A stretch of DNA of 64,000 nt from a bacterium (lineage in GTDB: Bacteria; Bacillota; Clostridia; Oscillospirales; Oscillospiraceae): NCBI GenBank assembly GCA_963640475.1, contig CAVHYW010000007.1, positions 561 to 64,560 of the forward strand. The letters run 5' to 3'. Shown one piece after another: positions 49,609 through 59,719 of this stretch. The position numbers and the translations under genes are program-made. Every line of letters begins with the position of its first letter. The stretch's first letter is position 1. The notes below the pieces were generated by a model, which was not told the DNA's origin, did no database searches, and saw only the letters and a list, made by a program, of their open reading frames with translations.

Positions 49609-52600
49609 GGCGCGCCTCCTCTCCGTTCTCCTTCTCCAGCATGGCCCAAAATTCGCCGCTGTCCGTCTTGTGCAGCTGCCGCCGCTTGTCCCGGCTCTCG
49701 TCAAAATAGCAGGCCGAGGCAAAGGCGCAGTAGGTGCAGGCGCTGTCCTGCGGCCCGCGGGCATAGGGATCGGCGTCGATATTGCCGTGAGCGATCTCCC
49801 CGGCGATCTGGTGCAGCAGCCGGTCCACATACCGCCCCAGATGGCCCAGCTGGGCCGCCGTGGCGATGTCGCCGGACAGCGTGCCGTCCTTCTTCACGCT
49901 GATGGGCAGATAGCAGGGCGTCTCCAGCGCGCTGTGCTCCATAGCCCGCAGCACCTCCGGCTCTCCCAGCACCAGACCCGTGCGGCGCAGCTCGCTCTCC
50001 AGCGCCGCCTTCAGCTTTTCGTCGCTGATGTTCCGGTCCTGCCGCAGTATCACGCTGCGGGCGGGCTGGTACAGCACGCCGCAGGGTACGATGGGATAGC
50101 CGAAATATGCCTGTCCCTCCCGCTCCAGCGTAAAGAGGTACAGCAGCATCTGGATGCCCAGTCCATAGCGGATATCCGTCAGGTCAAAGCTCTTTTTGCC
50201 GGTCTTATAGTCCACCACCCGCAGGTACAGCTTCCCGTCATGGAGCCAGCCGTCCACACGGTCCACCTTGCCGGACACCGACAACGACGCGCCGCCCTCC
50301 CGCACGGTGATGGCAGGCAGATGGCCGTCCCGTCCGCCGAAGCTCAGCTCGAACTCCACCGGCTGGAAATCCGACTGCCGCATTTCCTGGGCAATACTTA
50401 TGATAATGGTATACGCCGTCTCCCGCAGACGGCTGAACAGATACCTGAAGCGAGCGGACTTGTTCTGATACTCCTGTATCTGCGTGGCGGCGTAACGCTC
50501 CACATAGCGCTTCACCATATGGCGCAGCGCCTCGTCGTCCACCTGTCCATAGCCGCCCTGCTCCTTCACCTCGCGGTTCACGTTTTCCAGCAGATAGTGC
50601 AGGAAGGTGCCCACCTCCGGGGCCTCAAAGCCCGCCTTCTTCCGCTCCTTGGCCCGCAGGCCGTATTCCATGAAATAGCCGAAATGGCAGGACTTCACCC
50701 GGTCGATGCGGCTGGCAGACATGGTGATGGAGCGGCCGTACAGGGACTGCACCGCCTCCGGCGAGAGTCGCCCCCGCTCCATCCGCCGGGCACGGGCCAT
50801 GGCGGCAAGGGCCGCCGCGTACCGGGGCTGTTCCACGAAATACCGCCACAGGGCTTCATTCTCTCCGGCGGCGCACAGCGCCGTAGCAGGCAGCGTCATG
50901 CGGTAGGCGCCGTCCTCCCGCTGTACCTTCAGCTGCGGGAACAGCAGCCGTACCCGCTCCACCACGAAGGAGGGCCGCAGCTCCGCGCCGGTCACATCGG
51001 TGACGGGCCACGAAATATGCAGCTGCTCCGTGGGCTGGGCAAGGCAGGCGTAGATATTCTGCAATTCGTTGTCCAGCGCGTCAAAGGTGGCGTCCGACAG
51101 GGGGATATCCCGCTGCGCCAGCGCCTGCCGGTCGTCGCTGTCCAGCACGCCGCCGTCCTTCTCGATCTTGGGCAGCAGGTGGTCGTTGGCTCCCATCAGA
51201 AACAGCACCCGCACCCGGTGGCGGTCGTTGCGGGTGATCTCGCTGACCTTCACCTGATCCAGCGTGGCAGGGATGGTGCCCACGCTGTACTGGGTCAGCA
51301 CCAGCCGCAGCAGTCTGGCGAACTCCTCGCCGTCCAGCTCCGTATCCCCCAGAATTTCCACAAACTGATCCAGCACGTCACAGAAGATCTGCCACAACTG
51401 GGCGTATTCCTCCGCCAGCTGCACCTGCCCCGCCGAAAGCAGTTCATCCGCCTTCTCCCGCAGGGCATCCGGCACACCGGCCGCCGCCGCGAACTCATAC
51501 AGCGTCCGGGCCTTGTCCCGTGCGGCGGGCCGCTGCTTCAAGCCGTCGGCCAGCGCCGACAGCGGCCCGCGTACCTTTTCCCGGATGCGGTTGATCTCCT
51601 CCAGCCGGACCGTGCGCTCCTCCGTCATGTCCAGTCCGTAGCCGTCAGGATTCAGCGTCCACGGCACGTCCCGCAGCCACATGTTGCCCCGGATATCCCA
51701 CCGGATCACATAGTTTTCCAACAGGTCGCACTCCGCCGCCGTCACGCCGGTCATGCCGGTTTTCAGATAGCGGAACATGACCTCATACTCAAAGCCGCCG
51801 GTCACCGCGTCCACGGCGGACAGCAGCAGCGTCATCACCGGCTTTTCCAGAATGTCGCTGCGGCGGCTGATGTAGGCGGGGATGCCGTCACGCCGGAACA
51901 CCGACTCCAGCAGCGGCCCATAAATGTCCATGCTGCGGCTGGCCACGGCAATATCCCGATAGCGATAGCCCTGCGCCGCCAGCTGCCGGATCCGGGCGGA
52001 GACATATTCCACCTCGGTATAGGCGGTGGCCGCCTGATAGAGGGCCACCGCGCCGGTCTCTTCCTCCCAGACCGCGTCGCTGCCGAAGCAGTGGCGCTCC
52101 AGATGCCCCAGCGGACTGTCGTCCTGCCGGGAGAGGTAGGCCAGGTGGCACTCCACCCCTGTCTCGCGAGCTATGCGCACCAGCCGCTCCTTCTGGGCGG
52201 CGGCATTCTGGAACAGCTGCCCGCTCCGGTCGCCCAGCAGCGTCACCGTCACGCTGTGACACCGCCGCAGCGCCAGCGTCAGCACGCTCTCCTCCTGCTT
52301 GTTGAAGAAGGAAAAGCCGTCCAGATACAGATCCTTCCCGTCCAGATAGTGGGACTGGGGCAGGCTGTCATGGAGCTTCTGCACGCGGGAACGCACATCC
52401 GTCTCCCCGTTGCGCAGCCGTGCGTCGTAGGCGGCGAAGATCAGCGCCACATCCCGCAGCTTGTCGCCCATGGCGCCCTCCATGTCCGCCACATGGCGGT
52501 ACAGCGTCTCCGGCGCGATCTGATAGGCGTAAAATTCGTCGGCCAGCGTGGTCAGCTGGTGCAGGAACGCCGCCCGCTGCGAGGGCCGCCCGAACACCTT

Positions 52601-52906
52601 CAGGTTGCTGTGCAGCTCCTGCAAGCACCGCCGCATGGTCAGCAGCTTGCCGCCGTTGTCCAGCGTCACCTCCGCCAGACCGCCGGTCTCGCCCAGCACA
52701 CGGGTGGCAAGGCTCTGGAAGGTCAGCACCTCGGCATTGCGGCTGGCAGTAGGGCCACAGGCGCGGCACAGATCCAGCTCCGCCTCGTGGGACGTGTGCT
52801 CCGGTACCAGCAGTATCTGGGGACGGCTCTCCCGTTCCCGTCCCATGGTCTCCAGCACCCGCGCCGATTTGCCGCTTCCCGCGCGGCCGATCCAGATGGT
52901 CAGCAT
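49595..52906 (-). CDS. addB: ATP-dependent nuclease subunit B
   Basis: GRAGSGKS, LVPE, SASRID..CHF, GKVDRVD, VVDYKTG, CTYCAFASAC Fe-S ligands. Confidence 0.93.
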   Translation of the reverse strand: MLTIWIGRAGSGKSARVLETMGRERESRPQILLVPEHTSHEAELDLCRACGPTASRNAEVLTFQSLATRVLGETGGLAEVTLDNGGKLLTMRRCLQELHSNLKVFGRPSQRAAFLHQLTTLADEFYAYQIAPETLYRHVADMEGAMGDKLRDVALIFAAYDARLRNGETDVRSRVQKLHDSLPQSHYLDGKDLYLDGFSFFNKQEESVLTLALRRCHSVTVTLLGDRSGQLFQNAAAQKERLVRIARETGVECHLAYLSRQDDSPLGHLERHCFGSDAVWEEETGAVALYQAATAYTEVEYVSARIRQLAAQGYRYRDIAVASRSMDIYGPLLESVFRRDGIPAYISRRSDILEKPVMTLLLSAVDAVTGGFEYEVMFRYLKTGMTGVTAAECDLLENYVIRWDIRGNMWLRDVPWTLNPDGYGLDMTEERTVRLEEINRIREKVRGPLSALADGLKQRPAARDKARTLYEFAAAAGVPDALREKADELLSAGQVQLAEEYAQLWQIFCDVLDQFVEILGDTELDGEEFARLLRLVLTQYSVGTIPATLDQVKVSEITRNDRHRVRVLFLMGANDHLLPKIEKDGGVLDSDDRQALAQRDIPLSDATFDALDNELQNIYACLAQPTEQLHISWPVTDVTGAELRPSFVVERVRLLFPQLKVQREDGAYRMTLPATALCAAGENEALWRYFVEQPRYAAALAAMARARRMERGRLSPEAVQSLYGRSITMSASRIDRVKSCHFGYFMEYGLRAKERKKAGFEAPEVGTFLHYLLENVNREVKEQGGYGQVDDEALRHMVKRYVERYAATQIQEYQNKSARFRYLFSRLRETAYTIIISIAQEMRQSDFQPVEFELSFGGRDGHLPAITVREGGASLSVSGKVDRVDGWLHDGKLYLRVVDYKTGKKSFDLTDIRYGLGIQMLLYLFTLEREGQAYFGYPIVPCGVLYQPARSVILRQDRNISDEKLKAALESELRRTGLVLGEPEVLRAMEHSALETPCYLPISVKKDGTLSGDIATAAQLGHLGRYVDRLLHQIAGEIAHGNIDADPYARGPQDSACTYCAFASACYFDESRDKRRQLHKTDSGEFWAMLEKENGEEARHGEN

Positions 52907-52980
52907 AGGCGTTTCTCCCTTCTCCCCGTCTCTCATTTCTCGGCGATCATGCCGTATTTTTCTCTCCCTGGAAAGCGGCG

Positions 52981-53688
52981 TCACACATCAAAGGAAAACA
53001 CATTCGGAACAGCCGCCTTGCCAAAGGTCTTTACCGCCATCCGGTACATTGCCTTGGCATGGATCCTGTCATGCCAGATGAACCGCCGCAGCACCTTCCG
53101 CAGCGACCATTCCTCCTCATAGCTTCCCAGATATACGGTGTTGTCCAGATAGTCCGGCTGGCTCTCCAGCAGGGCAAAGCCGCGCTCCCGGCATGTGGCG
53201 ATCGTCCCTTCATTGTCCGCCTGAACGCCGATCTCACCGAAATAGTAGGTGTTCACATTTTTCGTGTGGGCGTACATTTCAAGCGCCGTGCGCGGTACCG
53301 GGCCATAAAACGTATCCCTGACCGGCAGGCAGCTCTGCTCTTTTTCCGGCACCGCCTGATACAGTGTCAGAAAATCCTGTGCCGACCGCATGGCCAGCGC
53401 CTTCAACTCCCCATATTCCACCAGGGTCAGCGATTTTCTCTCGGCGTCAAACAGCACATCGGAGTCCGCGTCGGAGACCGTCAACGCGGATACCTTCTCC
53501 TGAACGACCTCCGGCTCCAGTGTCTCCGGAACCGGCGTTCCCTTCCATCGCAGATAGGACGTGATCTCCGCCGGCATCTTTTGAAGGGCTTCCTCCAGAG
53601 AGCGCCCCCTTGTAAATGCGCCAATATACTCCTCAGCATATAAAATGCTGTCGTTTCCATTGTGTTCCCATACGCACCGTATCTTCAT
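52981..53688 (-). CDS. Hypothetical protein with HicB-like N-terminus and DinB-like C-terminus
   Basis: GAFTRGRSLEEAL...SYLRW; WSLRKVLRRFIWHDRIH. Confidence 0.65.
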   Translation of the reverse strand: MKIRCVWEHNGNDSILYAEEYIGAFTRGRSLEEALQKMPAEITSYLRWKGTPVPETLEPEVVQEKVSALTVSDADSDVLFDAERKSLTLVEYGELKALAMRSAQDFLTLYQAVPEKEQSCLPVRDTFYGPVPRTALEMYAHTKNVNTYYFGEIGVQADNEGTIATCRERGFALLESQPDYLDNTVYLGSYEEEWSLRKVLRRFIWHDRIHAKAMYRMAVKTFGKAAVPNVFSFDV

Positions 53689-53833
53689 CCCCGCACCTCC
53701 GCAAGCTCCGGTCTATTGTTTTTCATCTTATCACAGAAAGGGCCGCAATACAAGAACAGCCGCGGCAGAACATGCCGCGGCTGTTGTAGATCATATGAAT
53801 ATACCGGTCAAAAGGCAGCGCTTTTCCTCCCTG

Positions 53834-55723
53834 TTACTTCCACAGGCTGCACAGCAGGTCGGTGTAGGCGCTGGGATCGTCGATGGGCAGACCGGCGATC
53901 AGGCACGCCTGATTATACAGGATCTGGGCGTACTTCCTGGCCTTTTCCGGCTCCACGATGCGGGCCGTCTCGAAGGCCAGAAACGCGGGGTGATCCACGT
54001 TGACCTCAAGGATACGCTTGGCCTTCATGTTCAGGTCGGGCTGCACGGCGGTGAAGTACTTCTCCATCTCGAAGGTGATGCCCTCGCCGCTGGACAGGCA
54101 CACCGGGTGGGTCTTGAGCTTGGTACTGGCCTTGACCTCCGTCACCTTGTCGCCCAGTGCCTCCTTGATGAAGGTAAAGGCCTCCTTATAATGCTCGGTC
54201 TCGTCGGGCTTCTTCTCGTCGTCCAGCTCCAGCTCGCCATCCACTACGCTGCGGAAGGGCTTGTCCCTGTACTTGCCGAACATGTCGGGGATGAAGCCGT
54301 CGGTGTTGTCGGTGAAGTACAGCATCTCATAGTCGTGCTCCTTCACCAGCTCCGTCTGGGGCAGATGGTCGATGGCATCCACGCTCTCGCCGGTGGCGTA
54401 GTAGATGAACTTCTGGCTCTCCGGCATACGGTCCACATACTCGTCCAGCGTCACCAGCTTCTTCTCCTTGGAGGAGTAGAACAGCAGCAGATCCTGCACC
54501 TTTTCCTTGTTGGCGCCGTAGTTGTCCAGCGCACACAGCTTCAACTGGCGGCCATAGCTGCGGTAGATGGTCTCATAGCTCTCCCGCTCGTCCTTCAGCA
54601 TCCGCAGCAGCTCCGCCTTGATCTTCTTCTCCAGATTGGAGGCGATGACCTTCAGCTGGCGGTCATGCTGCAAAAGCTCACGGGAGATGTTCAGGCTCAG
54701 GTCGGGGGAATCCACCACGCCCCGGACAAAGTTGAAGTACTCCGGCAGCAGGTCGGCGCAGTGATCCATAATCATGACGCCGGAGCTGTACAGCTGCAAA
54801 CCGGGCTTAAAATCCTCGGTAAAGTACTGGTTGGGCATACGGGAGGGGATGAACAGCAGCGCCTTATAGGTCACCGCGCCCTCCACCGAGGCGGTGATCA
54901 CCGACTGGGGCGGGGCCATCTCGCCGAAACGCTCCTGATAGAACTTGTCGTACTCTTCCTTGGTGACCTCGCTCTTCTTCCGCTGCCACAGGGGCACCAT
55001 GGAGTTCAGGGTCTCGTAGACGAACTCCTCCTCGTACTCCGGCTTATCCTCGGGACAGCCCTCCTTCAGCTTGGGATGGGGCATCAGCATCCGGATGGGG
55101 AAGCGGATGTAGTCGCTGTACTTCTTCACCAGCTTATAGAGGGGATACTCCCGCAGATACTGGCTGTACTCGTCCTTCTCCTCCTCGCTGTCGGGCTTTA
55201 TGTGCATGATGATATCAGTGCCCACGGTGTCCTTTTCGCAGGGCTCGATGGTGTAGCCGTCCACGCCGGTGGACTGCCAGCGGTACGCCTGATCGCAGCC
55301 GTACTTCCTGGTGATGACGGTGATCTCGTCGGCCACCATGAAAGCGGAGTAGAAGCCCACGCCGAACTGACCGATGATATCGGTGTCGGTGGTCTCCTTG
55401 CCCTCCAGCTCACCCTTGAACTGGAGACTGCCGCTGTTGGCGATGACGCCCAGATTGTTCTCCAGATCGCTCTCGTCCATGCCGATACCGTTGTCGCTGA
55501 CGGTCAGGGTGCGGTTTTCCTTGTCGATGGTCAGGGTAATCTGGAAGTCCTCGCGCTTCAGGCCCACCTTGTCGTCGGTCAGGCTGATGTAGCACAGCTT
55601 GTCGATGGCGTCGGAGGCGTTGGAGATGATCTCGCGGAGGAATATCTCCTTATGGGTATAGATGGAGTTGATCATCATGTCCAGCAGGCGCTTGGACTCG
55701 GCTTTAAATTCTTTCTTGCTCAT
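53834..55723 (-). CDS. htpG: Molecular chaperone HtpG (Hsp90)
   Basis: IFLREIISNASDAIDK, DNGIGM, IGQFGVGFYSAF, NISRELLQ. Confidence 0.97.
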   Translation of the reverse strand: MSKKEFKAESKRLLDMMINSIYTHKEIFLREIISNASDAIDKLCYISLTDDKVGLKREDFQITLTIDKENRTLTVSDNGIGMDESDLENNLGVIANSGSLQFKGELEGKETTDTDIIGQFGVGFYSAFMVADEITVITRKYGCDQAYRWQSTGVDGYTIEPCEKDTVGTDIIMHIKPDSEEEKDEYSQYLREYPLYKLVKKYSDYIRFPIRMLMPHPKLKEGCPEDKPEYEEEFVYETLNSMVPLWQRKKSEVTKEEYDKFYQERFGEMAPPQSVITASVEGAVTYKALLFIPSRMPNQYFTEDFKPGLQLYSSGVMIMDHCADLLPEYFNFVRGVVDSPDLSLNISRELLQHDRQLKVIASNLEKKIKAELLRMLKDERESYETIYRSYGRQLKLCALDNYGANKEKVQDLLLFYSSKEKKLVTLDEYVDRMPESQKFIYYATGESVDAIDHLPQTELVKEHDYEMLYFTDNTDGFIPDMFGKYRDKPFRSVVDGELELDDEKKPDETEHYKEAFTFIKEALGDKVTEVKASTKLKTHPVCLSSGEGITFEMEKYFTAVQPDLNMKAKRILEVNVDHPAFLAFETARIVEPEKARKYAQILYNQACLIAGLPIDDPSAYTDLLCSLWK

Positions 55724-55782
55724 GATTTTGTCCTTTCTATGGGGATGGGAGGCGCTGCCGCGCCTCCCCTGGATATATGCGG

Positions 55783-55977
55783 TTATGCTTCCCCGTTCTT
55801 TTTCTTCTCGTTGGCGCGGGTGATGACCCAGCCCACGGCGGTCAGGGCGGTCATGGTGCCGTAAATGACGGCCAGCGCTTTACCCAACGCGGACAGCCCC
55901 GGCAGCACCCTTCCGGCGGCCTTAGCGGCCTTTTCACCCACATTCGCGATGGTTCTCGCGGTTTTCATGTTGGGCAT
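55783..55977 (-). CDS. Small cationic hypothetical protein (64 aa)
   Basis: GAGGTG RBS; fills the gap between the flavodoxin-like gene and htpG. Confidence 0.55.
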   Translation of the reverse strand: MPNMKTARTIANVGEKAAKAAGRVLPGLSALGKALAVIYGTMTALTAVGWVITRANEKKKNGEA

Positions 55978-55985
55978 GGCGCACC

Positions 55986-56501
55986 TCACTTATGGGCCTT
56001 GTACCAGTCCACCACAGGAGTCAATGCCTCGGCACTGACGGCGGAAGCGCCCTTCTTGGCCATGTCGTAGGTCAGCTGCTGGGCCTCGTTCAAAGGCTTC
56101 TTCTCCTCCAGATTCTTGAGGATCTCCCTGCACTTGACCTTCATGATCCACTTGAAGGGGCCGTGGAGCTTCTTGATATCGAAGCCGCCCTGCAAGGCGA
56201 AGCAGTCCACCTCCTTGCCGAAGTCCCGCAGCAGCTGGTCGTGGAGCATATCGGCGGCGGCCTTGCTGCCGGGCCCCATGCCCACGCGCACCATGGCGCG
56301 GACATCGAAGAACTTCATGGCCTTCCGTGCGCCCACGCACTTGTCGGCCATGACCCAGCCCAGATAGATGACCTGCTGGTCGGGCTGGGGATTGTGCATC
56401 TGGGAAATGTCGTTGACCGGCAGGCCGGTGGCCTCACCCAGCATTTTGGCGTACTGGGCGGTATAGCCGGAGTTGGACGCATATACGATGGCAGAGATCA
56501 T
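55986..56501 (-). CDS. Flavodoxin-like (HemG/flavodoxin_5-type) protein
   Basis: IVYASNSGYTAQYAKML, FALQGGFDIKKL. Confidence 0.75.
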   Translation of the reverse strand: MISAIVYASNSGYTAQYAKMLGEATGLPVNDISQMHNPQPDQQVIYLGWVMADKCVGARKAMKFFDVRAMVRVGMGPGSKAAADMLHDQLLRDFGKEVDCFALQGGFDIKKLHGPFKWIMKVKCREILKNLEEKKPLNEAQQLTYDMAKKGASAVSAEALTPVVDWYKAHK

Positions 56502-56566
56502 AGCATTTCCTCCCTTGTTTCGGTTGTTATACTTATTTTATTATAGCACTTCTGTCAACACCCGCG

Positions 56567-56929
56567 TCAGCGCATGAAGCGGTCAATGGCATCGTTGAGA
56601 CTTTCGATGGCGGCGTTGTCGCCGTCCTCCACCGCATCCACGATACAGTGGGCGATGTGATCCTTCAAAATCACGCGGCCAGTGGAATTCAGGGCTGAGA
56701 TCACAGCGGACAGCTGCACCAGCACCTCAGCGCAGTCCTCGCCCCGCTCCACCATGCGGCGCACCGCGTCCAGATGACCCTGCGCCCGGCTGAGACGGTT
56801 CAGCACCGCCTTGGTGTGGGCGTGGGAATGGGTGTGGCCATGGGATGTGCCATCGCCGTGGGTATGTGTGGTCCCGTCGGCATGGGTATGGGGCGTGCCG
56901 TCGGCGTGGATGTGAACGTGTTCGTACAT
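56567..56929 (-). CDS. CsoR/RcnR-family metal-sensing repressor with His-rich N-terminus
   Basis: VLNRLSRAQGHL, DCAEVLVQLSAV, HIAHC; GAAGGAG RBS before MYEHVH. Confidence 0.9.
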   Translation of the reverse strand: MYEHVHIHADGTPHTHADGTTHTHGDGTSHGHTHSHAHTKAVLNRLSRAQGHLDAVRRMVERGEDCAEVLVQLSAVISALNSTGRVILKDHIAHCIVDAVEDGDNAAIESLNDAIDRFMR

Positions 56930-57030
56930 GGGGTATCGCTCCTTCACGGTGATTTGGAAAAAGGCCGCCGCAGTTGCGCCGCGGCAGCCTTATCCCTATG
57001 ATACATCAATCTCTCCGATTTGACAAGTGT

Positions 57031-57825
57031 TTACGCCTTGGCCATGCCCTTCTGGCGGGCATACTCGGCAGCGCCCAGCGCGCCCATCAGCTGAGGATCG
57101 GTCTTCAGGTCGATGACCTTCAGCTTCAGCACATGCTCGATGGCCTGCTTCAAGCCCGCGTTCTTGGCGCAGCCGCCGGTCAGGGTGATGCTGTCGGTAG
57201 CGCCGGCCTTCTTGCTCATGACGAAGCAGCGCTTGGCCACCGCCATCTGGATACCGGCTGCGATCTCGTCCATGGGCTTGCCCTCACCGACGAGGGTGAT
57301 GACCTCGGACTCGGCAAACACGGTGCACTGGGCGGTAATGGGGATCACATTTTTGGCCGTCAGGGACAGGTTGGAGAACTCCGGCAGGCTCATTTCAAAG
57401 CTGCGGGCCATAGCCTCGTAGAAGCGGCCGGTACCGGCAGCGCACTTGTCGTTCATGGCGAAGTTCTTCACGGTGCCGTCGGTGTCCACGCTGATGCCCT
57501 TCACGTCCTGGCCTCCAATGTCGATGATGGCCTTGACGGAAGGATCGGTGACATGCACGCCCATGGCGTGACAGGAGATCTCGGAGATGTTCTCGTCAGC
57601 GAAGGGCACCTTGTTGCGGCCGTAGCCGGTGCCGATCAGATAGCCCAGCTCCTCGGAGGACTTGAGACCCACCTTGTTCAGGACTTCCTCCATGGCCATC
57701 TTCGCGCTGACCTCGGAGTTGATCTTGCTGCGGATGGTGGTATCGGCGCAGATCTTGCCGGTTTCATCTAAAATTACTGCCTTCGTGTAGGTGGAGCCTA
57801 CGTCGCAGCCGCCAAAATATTTCAT
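57031..57825 (-). CDS. 2-hydroxyacyl-CoA dehydratase activator (HgdC/HadI/FldI-type ASKHA ATPase)
   Basis: DVGSTYTK, TGYGR, EISCH, DIGGQD, NDKCAAGTGRF. Confidence 0.93.
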   Translation of the reverse strand: MKYFGGCDVGSTYTKAVILDETGKICADTTIRSKINSEVSAKMAMEEVLNKVGLKSSEELGYLIGTGYGRNKVPFADENISEISCHAMGVHVTDPSVKAIIDIGGQDVKGISVDTDGTVKNFAMNDKCAAGTGRFYEAMARSFEMSLPEFSNLSLTAKNVIPITAQCTVFAESEVITLVGEGKPMDEIAAGIQMAVAKRCFVMSKKAGATDSITLTGGCAKNAGLKQAIEHVLKLKVIDLKTDPQLMGALGAAEYARQKGMAKA

Positions 57826-57844
57826 CGTTTTTCCCTCTCTCTTT

Positions 57845-58060
57845 TTACTTGTTGTATTCGTAGTGGGGCTTTTCCATGTCATAAGCCTGCTTCAGCGGGT
57901 CGCGGCGCTCCATGCGGTCATAGTGACGGCACAGGAACGGCTCCACGCCGTAGAACAGGGCCTTGCCATCCAGATCGAAGAAGAAGATGGCGAACAGGGC
58001 CGCATAGATGCCGCCGCCGATTAGCAGCAGCTTGCCCAGAATTTTCAGCAGTTTTTTCAT
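57845..58060 (-). CDS. Small single-TM protein (71 aa) within the dehydratase operon
   Basis: GAGGAGGAG RBS; basic N-terminus plus TM; fills the gap between subunit and activator. Confidence 0.75.
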   Translation of the reverse strand: MKKLLKILGKLLLIGGGIYAALFAIFFFDLDGKALFYGVEPFLCRHYDRMERRDPLKQAYDMEKPHYEYNK

Positions 58061-58075
58061 GTTCCTCTCCTCCTC

Positions 58076-59719
58076 TTACCAGCTCTGGGAATCGTCGAAC
58101 TCCAACAGGGAGGGATCCAGCGGTTCCTCGTGCATGACGGTGGTCATATAGTCGTTGATGATGGTGCGGATCTCCGCGCGGGAAACGTTGCGCTTGTCGG
58201 GCAGAGCGTGGGGCATCCAGATGGCATGGATGTTGCGGGCGCGGAACTCGTCCTCGAACAGGCCGTGAACGCCCTGCATGCCCTTGCACAGCAGCTGGTC
58301 GTACATCATGACCATGTCGCAGTGGAACCGCTCCATATTCTCCCACAGCTCGAAGATGTGGTGCATGCCGCCCACGGCCATGCGCCGCATGGGCGCCCAC
58401 TCGTGATACGTCGCCATATCCTCCAGCGTATGCTCGTAGCTGTCGGTGCGGAGGGTCATGTCGAACATCAGGGAGTCCATGTTGATGATGGTGTTCAGGC
58501 CCCAGCAGTTATAGGCCCAGGTGCACCAGTTGGAATAGTACAGGGGCGCGCAGGACCATGCGATGACGCGGTGGCGGGTCATCGGGAAGTTGTTGATGCG
58601 GTCCTCCACGCACTTCTCCAAAATCTTGCGGACCTTCTTGTCGGTCTCGTGCCAGATGGGCAGGTCACCGTACTGGGACTGATAGATGCGGTACAACGCC
58701 TGAGACACGCCGTTGATGGGATAGAAGTTGGTATTGGCGGCCACGTCCCACTTCTCCCACTCGAAGCGCTGCAGCTCGTTCTGGCTCTCCAGCTTCTTCA
58801 CCAGCTGATCCCAATCGAACTTGGTGCCGGTCTGCTCCTCGATGAACTTCCAAGCCTCCTCGATCTCCTTCTGGCAGTGCTTCTGCACCAGGGGATCGTC
58901 AAACTGCATGGGCTGCGGCATGGCGAACAGGGGCTTGTCCATCAGCCAGTCCTGCAGAATAGAGGTGGCCACGGAGCCGTCGCAGGCCTCGTTGGAGGTG
59001 ATAACGGCCTTGTAGTAATCGGGCACATCGTCCAGCACGAACAATCCCGCCTCCGCCTGACACATGGGGCAGGGGTCGCCGGGCAGGCCGATGGACTGCA
59101 CCGCGTCGATGTAGTTGAGAACGGTGTGGTTGTTGACGTGGCAGGTGACGAAATAGGGGATCATCTGCAGGGGAACATTCTCGTTCTCCTTGCTGAAGGG
59201 ATAGAAGATGCCGCCCCAGACGGTCTCGTCATGGGCCATGGTCTTGTCGTGGCGGGCCTTGGCCTTCTTGCCCTTCTGGATGTTCAGGTCGTTGGAGAAC
59301 ATCTGCATGAACTGATAGATGGTGGCGTTGGTCATGGCACGGTAGTGCAGCGGGCAGGCGCGCAGGGCTTCACCCCGCAGGCCCTCCATGCCGCGGTCGA
59401 ACCAGTGCAGCACGGGCAGATAGGTCTGGCCCATCCAACGGTAGCGCCAGCAGCCTTTGGCAAAGGTGATGAGACCACCGTAGCGCATCACGTCGTACAC
59501 CATCATGCCGTAGTTATACATCCACACATGGTGGAAGTAGTAGAAGGTGTCCTTCACGCCGCGCCACTCACGGTGCTTGTAAAGGCCGGTCTTGTCGCAG
59601 TACAGGTCGCCCAGACGGCGCTCGCCATGGGGCTTGCCGTACCAAAAATCCTTTGCCAGCTTCTTATAATCCACGCTCTTGGCCTTGGCCAATGCGCCTT
59701 TCAGATCGATCTTTTTCAT
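58076..59719 (-). CDS. 2-hydroxyacyl-CoA dehydratase family subunit (alpha-like) with N-terminal extension
   Basis: DPCPMC, SNEACDGS, FIEEQTGTKFDWD, QLLCKG. Confidence 0.8.
   Translation of the reverse strand: MKKIDLKGALAKAKSVDYKKLAKDFWYGKPHGERRLGDLYCDKTGLYKHREWRGVKDTFYYFHHVWMYNYGMMVYDVMRYGGLITFAKGCWRYRWMGQTYLPVLHWFDRGMEGLRGEALRACPLHYRAMTNATIYQFMQMFSNDLNIQKGKKAKARHDKTMAHDETVWGGIFYPFSKENENVPLQMIPYFVTCHVNNHTVLNYIDAVQSIGLPGDPCPMCQAEAGLFVLDDVPDYYKAVITSNEACDGSVATSILQDWLMDKPLFAMPQPMQFDDPLVQKHCQKEIEEAWKFIEEQTGTKFDWDQLVKKLESQNELQRFEWEKWDVAANTNFYPINGVSQALYRIYQSQYGDLPIWHETDKKVRKILEKCVEDRINNFPMTRHRVIAWSCAPLYYSNWCTWAYNCWGLNTIINMDSLMFDMTLRTDSYEHTLEDMATYHEWAPMRRMAVGGMHHIFELWENMERFHCDMVMMYDQLLCKGMQGVHGLFEDEFRARNIHAIWMPHALPDKRNVSRAEIRTIINDYMTTVMHEEPLDPSLLEFDDSQSW

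Noticed and set aside
55723..55790. CIRCE/HrcA operator upstream of htpG
   Set aside because: No TTAGCACTC-N9-GAGTGCTAA found; only a short GC hairpin.
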